In this document: one piece after another, positions 9,901-19,137 of the stretch
Numbering within the stretch: the first letter of the stretch is position 1
Layout of the letters: every line of letters begins with the position of its first letter
Origin: a virus
Length of the DNA: 64,000 bases
Reading direction: 5' to 3' (one strand)
IMG/VR virus record: IMGVR_UViG_3300002026_002465
Span: 64,001 to 128,000 of that record
Notes under the pieces: generated by a model
Told to the model about the DNA's origin: nothing
Databases searched by the model: none
Seen by the model: the letters and a program-made list of their open reading frames with translations, nothing else
Program-made: the position numbers and the translations under genes

Positions 9901-12243
9901 ATATTTGAAAATGATGGAAAGACAAATGTTATGATGGGTCTTGAGTCTGCTGCTTCTAAAAATCAATTATTTAGCAGATCTACCTATTCTATTACAAACA
10001 ATTTATTTTCTTCTGATGATGATAAAAGTTTTAGTAAAACAATAAATTATGGTGATAATGATATCTATGAAGTTCATTTTAAACAATCACAAATAAAAGA
10101 CTATGGAATGAAAGTGTCTGATAGAAGTTTAAGACAAAACTTTAAAAATGTTTTTAAAAAAAGTGATAAATTTTCTATTTATGATGGAAGCGAAAAGGAT
10201 TTAAATTTTTCTAATTTAGATTTAACTGGAGAAAGTAAATTTAAAACATCTATAACTACTAATAATAATTATAGGGCTATAGATAATAAAACAATAGACT
10301 ATAAAGGTTTTTTATTAGAAGATGATAAAAAAGATCCTCATATTTTAAATGCTTATTCTCAAGGTAAAAGCAAAGATGAAATTATTATTACAGATAGAGG
10401 CACAAAAGAATTAGTCTATAAGAAACTACTAGAAGATTCTCCAGATGATACTTTGTTTTTTAATGATATGCCTTGGGCAACAAAAGGTGAACAAATAAAA
10501 AATAGAGAACTATCAAATAATAGTAAATTCTCTAGTATTAAATCTGAATCTGGTATGTTTAAAAGCACTGAAGATAATGAAACATATAATTTAAGTGGAT
10601 TGACACATGTTGAATATGAAACAAAAATAACAAAAATAACAAGTAATAATTCTATATATAATAAAGAAAAATATACTAATGATATTAGATCTGCAAAAGA
10701 CATATGGGCTAAATATGCTGAAAATTATAAACTAGAAAAATGGCAAACAGATAGTATAGACAGAAGTGTAGGTATATTTAAGTGGAATTTATCAACAGCA
10801 CAACAGTTACTACAAAAAGGCAATACAAATATATATTCTAGTTATAATTATAAAGATATTAATTTAAATAATACAAAATTATTATTTGATATCATAGGCA
10901 ATGCTTCTTTAAATAATATTGTTTCAGAAGAAAAAATAAAAAATTATTATAATTTAACTCTTCCATCAGATTATACTATTAAAGCAAATATAAATCCTCT
11001 CATAAAAGATGTTTTATTTGATAAAATACATGATGGAACAATAATTGATGATCAATTAAAATATATAAAAAATAAAAATATTTATAAAAACACAAAAAAT
11101 TATCAAGATACTATTGACAGTAATATAGAAAATGTTAATGATTTCAGATATCAAAAAAATATATTTGATAATATTGAAAAAAATATAGAAGTAAGACAAT
11201 CTATTCAAGAAGATGCTAATATTTCTGGTGCTGTTAATAGTTTAATTAGTAAACTAAGAACTAATCATATCTTATCTAACGAATCTGTGGTTCCACACAC
11301 AGATGGAAAACTTCCATTAAAAATAAAAGATTATCATAAAGAGCAAGAAAATTTTGAAAAAGAAATTTTTGTTAAAGATAGACATAACTTGGCTACAAAA
11401 GAAGGTAAAGATGCTTGGTGGAAAAAAAGTTTATTTAATAAATTAACCGGTGATAAAAGCGGTGCTGATAATCAAGATATTGGTTATTTAGTTATTACAA
11501 CAAACCCACAAGTAGGTATGACAAAAACACCTGTTTTAAGTGATATTCAACTTAAAGCTGATTTTAATGAATCAGATTCTCTACAAGACACAGTTTTATT
11601 TAGAATACCACTTCAATTTAATCCTGAAATAACAGGTGAATCTATTCAAGCAAATTGGTCAAATCATACTGGTTTTGGAAGAACAAGTGAATTTTATATT
11701 TGGAACAATACATCTTCTAGACAAATAAGTTTTAAAACAACATATCTAGCTCTAGATGGAACACCTTCTGCTGAATCTGCATATACAACTACTTCAACAG
11801 ATCAATATTCTGTAGAATCATTTAGAAGATTACCAGCTGAAAAAAAATTATCAAAAAATCCTGCAATGGTAAGAGACAATTCATCTTTTAGTGGGTGGAG
11901 TCCTATTTTCTTACATAGAACTATGGAAAAATATAGATCGCTTGTTTATCCTATTAATCTATCAGACCCAAATCTATCATCTCCACCTATTATTATTATT
12001 GATTTTAATGGTATGTTTAAAAGATTTACAAAACACTCCAAAGATTTTGATTCAAGATGGATATGTGAAAACGTATCTATTGACCCTCTTACTCAAATGG
12101 GATTTACCACTGAGAACTTTCCAATGGGATTTGAAGTTAATCTAACATTAAGAGAAATATTAAATGATTGGGGAGATTATCAAGATATAAAATCTAATTT
12201 TATGGATAATGTAAATAGATTTCATGGTTTAAGAAAATTCTAA
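6988..12243 (+). CDS. 1751-aa virion protein: long low-complexity Lys/Asp/Asn/Glu region plus C-terminal tail-tube-initiator (gp48/gp54/GpU-like) domain
   Basis: C-terminal FRIPLQFNPEITGESIQANWSNHTGFGRTSEFYIWNNTSSRQISFKTTY...PPIIIIDF...W.CENVSID...GFEVNLTLRE matches the tube-initiator pattern; lies between tape measure and gp53-like gene. Confidence 0.6.
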   Translation: MEKSMSDNIEEKKPSDIVGTNKEYKRVEYTLPEQHSSKGLEPIIPASTGNNKNGRTIGSMGSRQEKSMFDINSIGKQPHKLSDDIVTPASRIEKENPIIAEKENRSFKDDIVIPQQSDREKKYNELQQDITRLSMKRDLNVKTEQQYEAKKEDKVDIKQNQVKKTELFLEEKKHRVKQESDIFKDMNHDRKSSVEIEPSNNTYVKKENDTQVLSDHLNKKEIDETIIGSNLSKLEQEISPKSNEKKSEVLISSSDDRKEKTEKAYDPAITEKKIDKNIVNVDTGTEKTEIRENIINKNTPKPDNEVSAFSKNESRDDKDVYETTGDVNFINLQNNEKTWEHNTTDLSSPKQSDHDPKRSNIDLPNNRNDKTGLLGDEEYTLDYYATKPKSAIQEHNINSTDNVKEKSFGDSTPNFHNSSATIDSISNYLIDDIDLQSSLDKRDGRDINNYTDYSPVPASKPQTIITKKSVKPIVNLSYSNVLDEFNNALLNGAKEGYSDDNTPKNPIAPSSAPGKTKFDSNSIINGVVNYGNEEDHTNSGITLNARPVKTQDIKNKVLASPNNVDDRISEDRSDLSKIALSEDKINYGNEEDHTVRGIIDTARPYKSGDTLLSFDKDGKEVKTQIVPQPNNVDDRISEDRSKLDKYTLESGKIDINKKIDFNTRTLGPVGRENKNSNDSGDIIEPIVITKTETEDESIAYRPQRQDDFWQKIRGINTATLASFLRPIGNIRKFVNNTRKGSGDLDSVALNALMPFTNEIPDNVFGRNIEGFKQIFNGSKAIIPLTPEVFGQEFTAGNLKDDLVNYTRHAIINGFRVIANNIVDNLWIQGENEQGDRTQALNVIKQSSPEAAKIIEKSTPTEPPYTGALTKSSQSQDVRGQINSDIGILQGGYSNASIKNSIANKYKDFESYREMLKIQLARKSFASKIKGAFSSDENNKDLIKEYNRSSPTTPLEIQRQKMIGQMIDFESRIFENDGKTNVMMGLESAASKNQLFSRSTYSITNNLFSSDDDKSFSKTINYGDNDIYEVHFKQSQIKDYGMKVSDRSLRQNFKNVFKKSDKFSIYDGSEKDLNFSNLDLTGESKFKTSITTNNNYRAIDNKTIDYKGFLLEDDKKDPHILNAYSQGKSKDEIIITDRGTKELVYKKLLEDSPDDTLFFNDMPWATKGEQIKNRELSNNSKFSSIKSESGMFKSTEDNETYNLSGLTHVEYETKITKITSNNSIYNKEKYTNDIRSAKDIWAKYAENYKLEKWQTDSIDRSVGIFKWNLSTAQQLLQKGNTNIYSSYNYKDINLNNTKLLFDIIGNASLNNIVSEEKIKNYYNLTLPSDYTIKANINPLIKDVLFDKIHDGTIIDDQLKYIKNKNIYKNTKNYQDTIDSNIENVNDFRYQKNIFDNIEKNIEVRQSIQEDANISGAVNSLISKLRTNHILSNESVVPHTDGKLPLKIKDYHKEQENFEKEIFVKDRHNLATKEGKDAWWKKSLFNKLTGDKSGADNQDIGYLVITTNPQVGMTKTPVLSDIQLKADFNESDSLQDTVLFRIPLQFNPEITGESIQANWSNHTGFGRTSEFYIWNNTSSRQISFKTTYLALDGTPSAESAYTTTSTDQYSVESFRRLPAEKKLSKNPAMVRDNSSFSGWSPIFLHRTMEKYRSLVYPINLSDPNLSSPPIIIIDFNGMFKRFTKHSKDFDSRWICENVSIDPLTQMGFTTENFPMGFEVNLTLREILNDWGDYQDIKSNFMDNVNRFHGLRKF
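8571..8909 (+). repeat. interleaved exact direct repeats within the 1751-aa gene (28 bp x2 and 39 bp x2)
   Basis: aaattatggtaatgaagaagatcataca at 8571-8598 and 8742-8769 (NYGNEEDHT); accaaataatgttgatgatagaatatctgaagatagatc at 8667-8705 and 8871-8909 (PNNVDDRISEDRS). Confidence 0.9.
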
Positions 12244-12257
12244 CAAGGAGAAAGTAA

Positions 12258-12572
12258 GTGGAAGCAAAGAGACCATATTTTAATAAAAATAGTAGAATGA
12301 AACATTATGATATAATATTTGATAGTACCATTGAACAAAATAGAGTTGCGTTCTATAAATATTCAAATATTGCTTCAAGCACTAATGATCAAAAATATAC
12401 TGTCACAAAAGGTACACAACATAGATTAGATTTAATTAGTGTAAAATTTTATGGAACGGCAGCTTATGATTGGTTTATTGCTGAATATAATAATATAGAA
12501 GATCCTATAAGAGATATAAAACCTGGGTTAAAATTAATAATACCAGATAGAAGTCGTCTTGGGGGTGTTTAA
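12258..12572 (+). CDS. baseplate wedge protein, T4 gp53 / LysM-tail X-like
   Basis: YTVTKGTQHRLDLISVKFYGTAAYDWFIAEYNNIEDPIRDIKPGLKLIIP is the RLDLIS..YG...W.I...N.I.DP....G..L.IP signature; GTG start after AAGGAG. Confidence 0.85.
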   Translation: MEAKRPYFNKNSRMKHYDIIFDSTIEQNRVAFYKYSNIASSTNDQKYTVTKGTQHRLDLISVKFYGTAAYDWFIAEYNNIEDPIRDIKPGLKLIIPDRSRLGGV

Positions 12573-13486
12573 TGTCAGCTGAAGTTTTTTCGGCGGTTGT
12601 TTTAGAGAATAAAAGTTTTCTCGATAATGGAATGATTCTTGTTCAACTATCTGAATTGAAGACACCTCTTTATGCAGAAATAATGACTCCAATTGGTGGA
12701 TTAGAAAACATGGCAATGCAATGGGTCCCTCCAGTTGGTGCTCATGGTTATTTATTATATAAAGGTGGAGATGAAAGAAAACCTGTATGGATTGGTTCTA
12801 AACTCCTTCCATGGGATAAAGCAAATGCAACTACAATGGCAGATGCTGAAATTGTGCAAGGAGTTGTTGAAGCTGATGATGGTGTGAGTGATTTTATTAT
12901 TAAAACCCAAAATACAACTTTTGAAGATCAAGATACAAGATCAAAAGATAATAAAATAGAAAACATATTAAAAATGAGTAAAGGAGAATTTACTCTTGCT
13001 AAAGTAAAGCAAGGTGATAAGTATGAATATAAAACTGAAACATATGATATTAAAACTGAACCTAATTATCAAATAATTACAATGACAGATGACAAGATAA
13101 ATATAAGATTTAATTCATCATCTAAAGATACTGATAAAGCAGAAATAATTATGACAGAAGGTGAAACAAAATTATTAACATCATATAATAATAAAACAGC
13201 AACTATAACAATGAGTGAGGGAGGAGTATTAATAGATTCTTCAGAAACATCAACAATACAAATAGATAAAGATGGTAATATAAACATTACTGGAAAGAAG
13301 ATGGTTGTAAGTGCAGATAAAATTGAATTAGGTGGAAATGGAAGTAAGGGTGTATTGTTTGAACCATTGAGAGATTTCATAAATCAATCATATATGAAAC
13401 ACACTCATGCAACACCATCAGGTCCTTCAGGCCCTCCACCTCATGCAAGAATAAAAATTGATTCAAAAAAGGTGAAACTAGATTGA
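12572..13486 (+). CDS. baseplate central spike (gp5 / P2 gpV-like)
   Basis: N-terminal OB-fold-like IVQL...WVPPVGAHGYLLYKGGD..KPVWIGS, short beta-strand repeats, and C-terminal KHTHATPSGPSGPP (HxH metal-binding apex). Confidence 0.85.
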   Translation: MSAEVFSAVVLENKSFLDNGMILVQLSELKTPLYAEIMTPIGGLENMAMQWVPPVGAHGYLLYKGGDERKPVWIGSKLLPWDKANATTMADAEIVQGVVEADDGVSDFIIKTQNTTFEDQDTRSKDNKIENILKMSKGEFTLAKVKQGDKYEYKTETYDIKTEPNYQIITMTDDKINIRFNSSSKDTDKAEIIMTEGETKLLTSYNNKTATITMSEGGVLIDSSETSTIQIDKDGNINITGKKMVVSADKIELGGNGSKGVLFEPLRDFINQSYMKHTHATPSGPSGPPPHARIKIDSKKVKLD

Positions 13487-13743
13487 AAACATATAGAGCA
13501 TTAGGTGGTTATTCAATGGAAACAACATTCATCAAATTTAATTATGGTTAAAATATTACTGTGTTTTTAATTGAAAAAGATTATGATGAAAGCTACGCTA
13601 TAAGATTAGTAAAATATAATATTGGATTTTTAAGTATTATAAATAATACAGAAAAATTTGCTTTAATTGATAGTGAGATGTTTTTAAATTTACTTACTAT
13701 TGATAATAAAGAATTGATGATTAAAGAGGTTTTTGGTATATGA
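13483..13743 (+). pseudogene. short-family ORF interrupted by an in-frame TAA at 13549-13551 (or real gene only from GTG 13561)
   Basis: TTG 13483 overlaps the spike stop (TTGA), has AAGGTGA upstream, reads MKTYRALGGYSMETTFIKFNYG* and continues in the same frame into NITVFLIEKDY...KELMIKEVFGI. Confidence 0.45.
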
Positions 13744-13958
13744 TAATATATGAAATAACAAAAAGTGCAACTGTTTTTATGTTTGATAATACAGATTATA
13801 TTGTTAATATAGTTGATAATAAAGCTATTTTCTTTAAAAACCGCCAAGATCTTAATAATAACATAAAAAGATCATATCAAATATTAGATACACAAGAGTT
13901 TATATCAAAGCTTTCAATAGAAACAAGACAAGAAATAATTACAAAGATTTTTAAATAA
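13740..13958 (+). CDS. hypothetical protein (short-ORF family member)
   Basis: ATGA coupling to upstream stop; MIIYE... start and LSIETRQEIITKIFK end. Confidence 0.7.
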   Translation: MIIYEITKSATVFMFDNTDYIVNIVDNKAIFFKNRQDLNNNIKRSYQILDTQEFISKLSIETRQEIITKIFK

Positions 13959-13966
13959 GGAGTATA

Positions 13967-14944
13967 ATGCCTGTAATCCCACAACTTAGCCAAATAATAA
14001 AAATTGGAAAAACTGCATCAGGTGGATTACCAGCTGAAGTTTCTGCATCTATTGACGCTTTTTCACAAGCACAAGTAGCAGGACCTTCATTACAACCTGT
14101 TCCTCTTCCTTGTTCTGTAATACCTGTAATACCTTTTGGAATTGCATTATCTATTATAATGACAAAAATAGAAGCTCTCATGTTTAAGAGTTTTGAAGAT
14201 TTATCATCATTAACAAAACAATTATTAGAAAAATATCAGGCTGATAAAACAAAGGCAGAAACACAAAGAGGAATTGCTGAAACAAAATTATTTAATGATT
14301 TAATTAAAAAACAAGAAATAATTAAAGAACAAGTTATAGAACTCCAAACTCAAATAGATGATATTAATAAGCAACTACCTGAATTACAAGCAAAGCAAGA
14401 TTCTGAAATGGTGGCTTATCAAGCTGTTATTTTTGAAATAAAAAATAGAGCTAAAAATTATGAAGAATCTGGTGATATTAAAAAAAGAGATGAAGTATTA
14501 GAAGAGATTAAAAAACATGATAATTGGCTTGCAGAAATAATAAAAATATCAGTTCAAATAATAACATTAAAACTACAACTTCCTTCTTTAAAATCTGAAT
14601 TAGAAGAAAAGAATATTCTTGCAAAGATGTCTTTGCAAAAAAAATGGGATGATAATATAAATCAGGCAGACTTATTTGAAGTTGCAGCTCCTCCTTATCC
14701 AGATATTCCATCTCCACCTAATTTGCCAGTAGCCCCACCAATTCCTAAAGAGAGTGAGTTTGTAAAGGCTATGAGGAAGGCTTATGCAAAATGGCAAGTA
14801 ACTCCAACAATACTCCCAACTGGAATTCCATTAGCAGCATTATTATTGTATATACAAGCACAAGCTCCAGTTCCTCCTCCTCTTGCTGCTCAATTAGAAT
14901 CAAATGCTGATGCAAGTATTTTATCAGGAGCAGGTTTAATTTAA
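13967..14944 (+). CDS. hypothetical Pro-rich/coiled-coil protein
   Basis: AAGGAG SD; central heptad-rich Glu/Lys/Gln region flanked by Pro-rich termini. Confidence 0.75.
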   Translation: MPVIPQLSQIIKIGKTASGGLPAEVSASIDAFSQAQVAGPSLQPVPLPCSVIPVIPFGIALSIIMTKIEALMFKSFEDLSSLTKQLLEKYQADKTKAETQRGIAETKLFNDLIKKQEIIKEQVIELQTQIDDINKQLPELQAKQDSEMVAYQAVIFEIKNRAKNYEESGDIKKRDEVLEEIKKHDNWLAEIIKISVQIITLKLQLPSLKSELEEKNILAKMSLQKKWDDNINQADLFEVAAPPYPDIPSPPNLPVAPPIPKESEFVKAMRKAYAKWQVTPTILPTGIPLAALLLYIQAQAPVPPPLAAQLESNADASILSGAGLI

Positions 14945-14975
14945 CGCTTCTCTTTATATAAGATAAAGATATAAT

Positions 14976-15227
14976 ATGAAAATCTACAGAAAAACAGAAG
15001 ATGATGTTGTCCAAGTTGGAGATGATGAATTTGATTTACAAGATCAATATGTTATTACTATAATCGGAAAAATACAATTTACTTATTCAATGGCAGGATA
15101 TGGATGGAAAGTAGTAATATTACAACAACCAATAGATATGAGAAACTATTCAGAGATTTCAATTAATGAGATTGATGAACCTGAATATCAAGAAATGATA
15201 AAACAGATATTCAAGGAATGGAGTTAA
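14976..15227 (+). CDS. hypothetical protein (short-ORF family member)
   Basis: MKIYR... start, IDEPEYQEMIKQIFKEWS end; no SD, AAGATA 4 nt upstream of ATG. Confidence 0.7.
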   Translation: MKIYRKTEDDVVQVGDDEFDLQDQYVITIIGKIQFTYSMAGYGWKVVILQQPIDMRNYSEISINEIDEPEYQEMIKQIFKEWS

Positions 15228-15230
15228 TAT

Positions 15231-18200
15231 ATGGCAGTTAGTATAGATGATAAAAAAAGAAAAATCAAAGAAACAAGATCTCGTGCTATACAACAAAAAA
15301 TAAATTTATTATGGGCTAGAGATGGAAATGAACATCCATTAATTGAATCATCAGCAGAAGATGATGATTTTAATTTAAATCAATTGTTTGGAGGGTCTAA
15401 ATCAGCTATTATAGACTGGACACAATTAGGTGTAGAAGGATTAATAAGATGTTATTATGAAATAATATATAATATAAATGGTAAGAAAAGAAATAATATA
15501 ATAACTAATAACGGAGAAACTCCAAATGGAGGTGCTTTCACTCCTAAATATAATAGATCAGACTTAACAACAACTGCTAGGCAAATTTTAGTTGGAACAG
15601 CATATAAATCAGGATACTTTGTTGGAAATGAAGATGGTTTTGAAGGCAGATCAAGATCTTCAGATACTATTAATGCCGCGGCGGCCAAAGGAACATATGA
15701 TCTTAATTCAACAACATTTTCAACAAATATAGATCAAGAAGTTCCAGAAAATGATTCTGGTAAATTAATAGATCAATTTAATAGTGCTATTAGTTTAATA
15801 GGAATTAATTCTCCATTAGGACCTCACATATCATCAACAACTCCAACAACTGAAACTCCAAACCCGCCCGCTCCACAAGCAAATAATTATATTTATAATA
15901 CAATATTAGGTAAAAGATTTTGTGATGTTTATCCAAGTAATATAAATTATGGATATGGTGAAGGTTCATCAACAACATATACTTTTGGAAATGGAGTATA
16001 TGATACAAATAATATATCTTTAAGAGATTATTATAATCCAGGTTTAGACAGTAATCTAACAACAATAGTTAATTTATTAAATCTTATAAGACAATATATT
16101 GTTTATAGTAAAGTAAGTTATGATAATTTTTTTATGAACACAACTATTATACCAGGAAGAGATAATAATTGGGCATTGCAAGGTGGATGGCTTTCAACAA
16201 TTGACACAGTATTATCACAAATAAATCATTTTATAAGTTTAAAACCAATGGCAACAAGATTAGAATTAGACCAATTAATTATTGATCTTAAGACTAATCT
16301 TTTATCAGCTATATCTCCAATTAATGCTATAGTTCCTGCAGTTGATGCTTTGTTTGGAACACCATTAAGCCCTAATACATTATATGGTTTTAGACTTTTG
16401 TGGATTAAAAATCTTATTGATGTTCAAAATGGAGGGTCTAAAATAACTCTTCTTTCTGTAGCAGGATCTATAGAAGATGCTGATAAAAAAATATCACAAG
16501 CAGAAGAGGGTTATGGAATTATAGGTGTTCAATTAAAAAATGAACCATCATTTTCTTCACAAAGATATTGGGATGGAGGAATAGTAGATCCAATAATTGG
16601 TGGAATCGAAACACATCTTGCTTTAGATACTAGACAGTTTTTAGATACAGCACAAACTATAGAAAATGAAAATTATTTTCAAATGGTGCCTGATGGTTTA
16701 ATAATTGCATGGCAACAAACGGCTCATGCTACTGCCTATAATTTATATAAATCAAATAATTATGATCCTACAACAGAGCAAGGAACATGGACTGCTTTAA
16801 TTCCTACTGGACAAACATATACAAATGAAAATATAGATTTAAATACTGGAAAAGTTTTATCTTATTTTATAGATTACAATGTTAGTTTTGAAGCAGAAGA
16901 AAGCCCTTACTATAAAGTTAAAGTAATTGATACTGGTAAAATGTCTGCTAATAATTATTGGTGGTATGGATCAACATCTGGATTCTCCAAACCAATGTCA
17001 GCATCAGACTTTTTATCATCTCCATCAAGTGGAACAAATGTTCCTGGAATGTCAGGTTCTCCATCAACAAGACCTGATGAGTTGCCAGATTATTTATTTA
17101 AATATGCTACAATGAAAATGGGTGGAGAGGCTGCAGATTCACCTGTAAATAAAATATATAAATCAGATGTTGAGTTTGATTCAATAGGTTCTAATTTAGA
17201 AGTATTCATTGATGGTGAATTAAGAAATCAAGGTAGTGGAAATAATGACTATAGATTATTAAATCTTGTTGATATAGAGTTTAAAACACCAATAGATTCT
17301 AATTCTAAAGTTACAATGATTGTTTATTATGGTTCATCTTCAGGATCAGGTTCTGGTTCTTGGAAGGCACCTGTTGCAACATTAGATCAAAGACCAACAA
17401 TTGGAAATGTTAATGGAGATATAATACTTGTTATTGAAAATAATACAATTTATTCTTGGAGTGGAACTGAAAATAATTGGTTTAAAGTTTCAAGTGCTGG
17501 AAGTGATTTAGTTCATACAGATTTATTAGACATGCCAGATTCTAGTGGTATGAACTCTGACCATGATCAACGCTATCCAAGGAGAGATGAAGTAGATAGT
17601 TTAATAAGTGATTTACAATATAAATTAAATAATTTATCATATCTTATTCCTGATAATGCTATCCCTTTAACATCTCATCTTGAAATTACAAATACAGATT
17701 ATTATACTGGATATTTATCAAGTGGAACTAATGCATTTAATACTCTTCAAGCAAATCAATTATTTAATAAAATTGTTATTGGTGATTTATTTATTATAGA
17801 ATCTACAAACAAAGATGCTGAATTTGCGGATGCTGATAAAGGTGTATTATCCATTTATTTAAATGATGTATTAATTGATTCTATAAACTTAGAAACAAAT
17901 TTTATAGAAGATGATAGAGGTCTTGTACAATCATGGACCCCATTCTCTTCATCAATTATTGAAATAACATCAATATATCCATTTAATAATTTTGGTCAAT
18001 ATCAAAAATGTAATTTTAAATTAAATATACCTAAAACAAGATTAACACCAGGAGAAAATAAAATTGTATTAAAACATGAGAGCTCATTATTCTCAAGAAA
18101 AACACCAGATTTTATATTTTTCTGGGATTCTTCTCCATCTACAATTTTCTTTTCTGACTATACATTAACAGAAAAATTATTAACATCTCAAAAATATTTG

Positions 18201-19106
18201 TCTGGTTTAAGATATTATTATTTAGGTGATAAATTAGAAATAAAATTTAGAGCACAAGGATTATTTGATAATACTTATGTAAATGGAGATCAAGTAAAAA
18301 CTGATATGACTGAATTAGGTATTCAATTATTTGATTTTGATTATACGGATTCTCATACAACTGTAGATGGACAAAATAATCCATCATTAATGTCTACAAT
18401 GCCAATGTGGTATACAAATACAATATCACTTAATCAAGCAGGTATATATTCAACATCTCCAACAATAAAACTTATTGGTAAAAAACCATACATAACATCT
18501 GATGTATTTACTAAAACATTCAATAATGTACTTATTAATACGTGGGCAAAACAATCAGATGATAAAAATGAATATTTTGTTGATGAAAAATACCGTCTCC
18601 CTTATGATACCTTTAATTCTATTCCTGGTTCTTTTGTTGATAGATGGGATAGTAGAAAATTATTGACACCAGGCAATCTTATGTTATATGGTGGCAAGTT
18701 ATATTATCCTGCATATAGTTTTGTTGTTGGATTTAAACCTGCTCAAACAGCAAATTACGGAGCTTTTACTGGAAACTGTGAATATTATAGAGCATTTATT
18801 GATGCATCTTCTCCACATAATAATGGAGTTTTTAATATTAAAGGCAACATATTTGATGATAGTCGCGTAAAGATAATGATGAAACTTCCTGGACAAACAA
18901 ATTGGCTTGATTTGAAAGTTGCTTATAATGAGGCAACTTTCAGTGGGAGTGAGGGTGATGGATGTTTATTAGAATATAGTGAAAATAACTTTAGTTGGAC
19001 AAGTGGAGGATTCAGCACCGCTATCTCGGGGTATATGATAATCTTACGAGTTATAATGGTAGATGCTGGAGCTGCACCAATTGAAGAAATTTCAATAAAA
19101 TGGTAA
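15231..19106 (+). CDS. large virion structural / fibre-associated protein
   Basis: 1291 aa; Fn3-like segment (AWQQTAHATAYNLYKS...YYKVKVID), an LEVFIDG...DY...IEF module, and a C-terminal half paralogous to that of 19138-22221. Confidence 0.65.
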   Translation: MAVSIDDKKRKIKETRSRAIQQKINLLWARDGNEHPLIESSAEDDDFNLNQLFGGSKSAIIDWTQLGVEGLIRCYYEIIYNINGKKRNNIITNNGETPNGGAFTPKYNRSDLTTTARQILVGTAYKSGYFVGNEDGFEGRSRSSDTINAAAAKGTYDLNSTTFSTNIDQEVPENDSGKLIDQFNSAISLIGINSPLGPHISSTTPTTETPNPPAPQANNYIYNTILGKRFCDVYPSNINYGYGEGSSTTYTFGNGVYDTNNISLRDYYNPGLDSNLTTIVNLLNLIRQYIVYSKVSYDNFFMNTTIIPGRDNNWALQGGWLSTIDTVLSQINHFISLKPMATRLELDQLIIDLKTNLLSAISPINAIVPAVDALFGTPLSPNTLYGFRLLWIKNLIDVQNGGSKITLLSVAGSIEDADKKISQAEEGYGIIGVQLKNEPSFSSQRYWDGGIVDPIIGGIETHLALDTRQFLDTAQTIENENYFQMVPDGLIIAWQQTAHATAYNLYKSNNYDPTTEQGTWTALIPTGQTYTNENIDLNTGKVLSYFIDYNVSFEAEESPYYKVKVIDTGKMSANNYWWYGSTSGFSKPMSASDFLSSPSSGTNVPGMSGSPSTRPDELPDYLFKYATMKMGGEAADSPVNKIYKSDVEFDSIGSNLEVFIDGELRNQGSGNNDYRLLNLVDIEFKTPIDSNSKVTMIVYYGSSSGSGSGSWKAPVATLDQRPTIGNVNGDIILVIENNTIYSWSGTENNWFKVSSAGSDLVHTDLLDMPDSSGMNSDHDQRYPRRDEVDSLISDLQYKLNNLSYLIPDNAIPLTSHLEITNTDYYTGYLSSGTNAFNTLQANQLFNKIVIGDLFIIESTNKDAEFADADKGVLSIYLNDVLIDSINLETNFIEDDRGLVQSWTPFSSSIIEITSIYPFNNFGQYQKCNFKLNIPKTRLTPGENKIVLKHESSLFSRKTPDFIFFWDSSPSTIFFSDYTLTEKLLTSQKYLSGLRYYYLGDKLEIKFRAQGLFDNTYVNGDQVKTDMTELGIQLFDFDYTDSHTTVDGQNNPSLMSTMPMWYTNTISLNQAGIYSTSPTIKLIGKKPYITSDVFTKTFNNVLINTWAKQSDDKNEYFVDEKYRLPYDTFNSIPGSFVDRWDSRKLLTPGNLMLYGGKLYYPAYSFVVGFKPAQTANYGAFTGNCEYYRAFIDASSPHNNGVFNIKGNIFDDSRVKIMMKLPGQTNWLDLKVAYNEATFSGSEGDGCLLEYSENNFSWTSGGFSTAISGYMIILRVIMVDAGAAPIEEISIKW

Positions 19107-19137
19107 TACATATAAAATTTTTATAGGAGGAAATTAA

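Noticed and set aside
258-18896. Short antisense or alternate-frame ORFs in the track (258-494, 442-663, 2330-2524, 3715-4044, 7221-7448, 7741-8040, 13069-13380 and similar)
   Set aside because: Fully embedded in well-supported genes, with low-complexity Phe/Ile/Leu/Ser content typical of AT-rich antisense frames.
19111-19125. 15-bp palindrome TATAAAA-T-TTTTATA before the 19138 SD
   Set aside because: A/T-only, so likely by chance in this genome; too weak to call.
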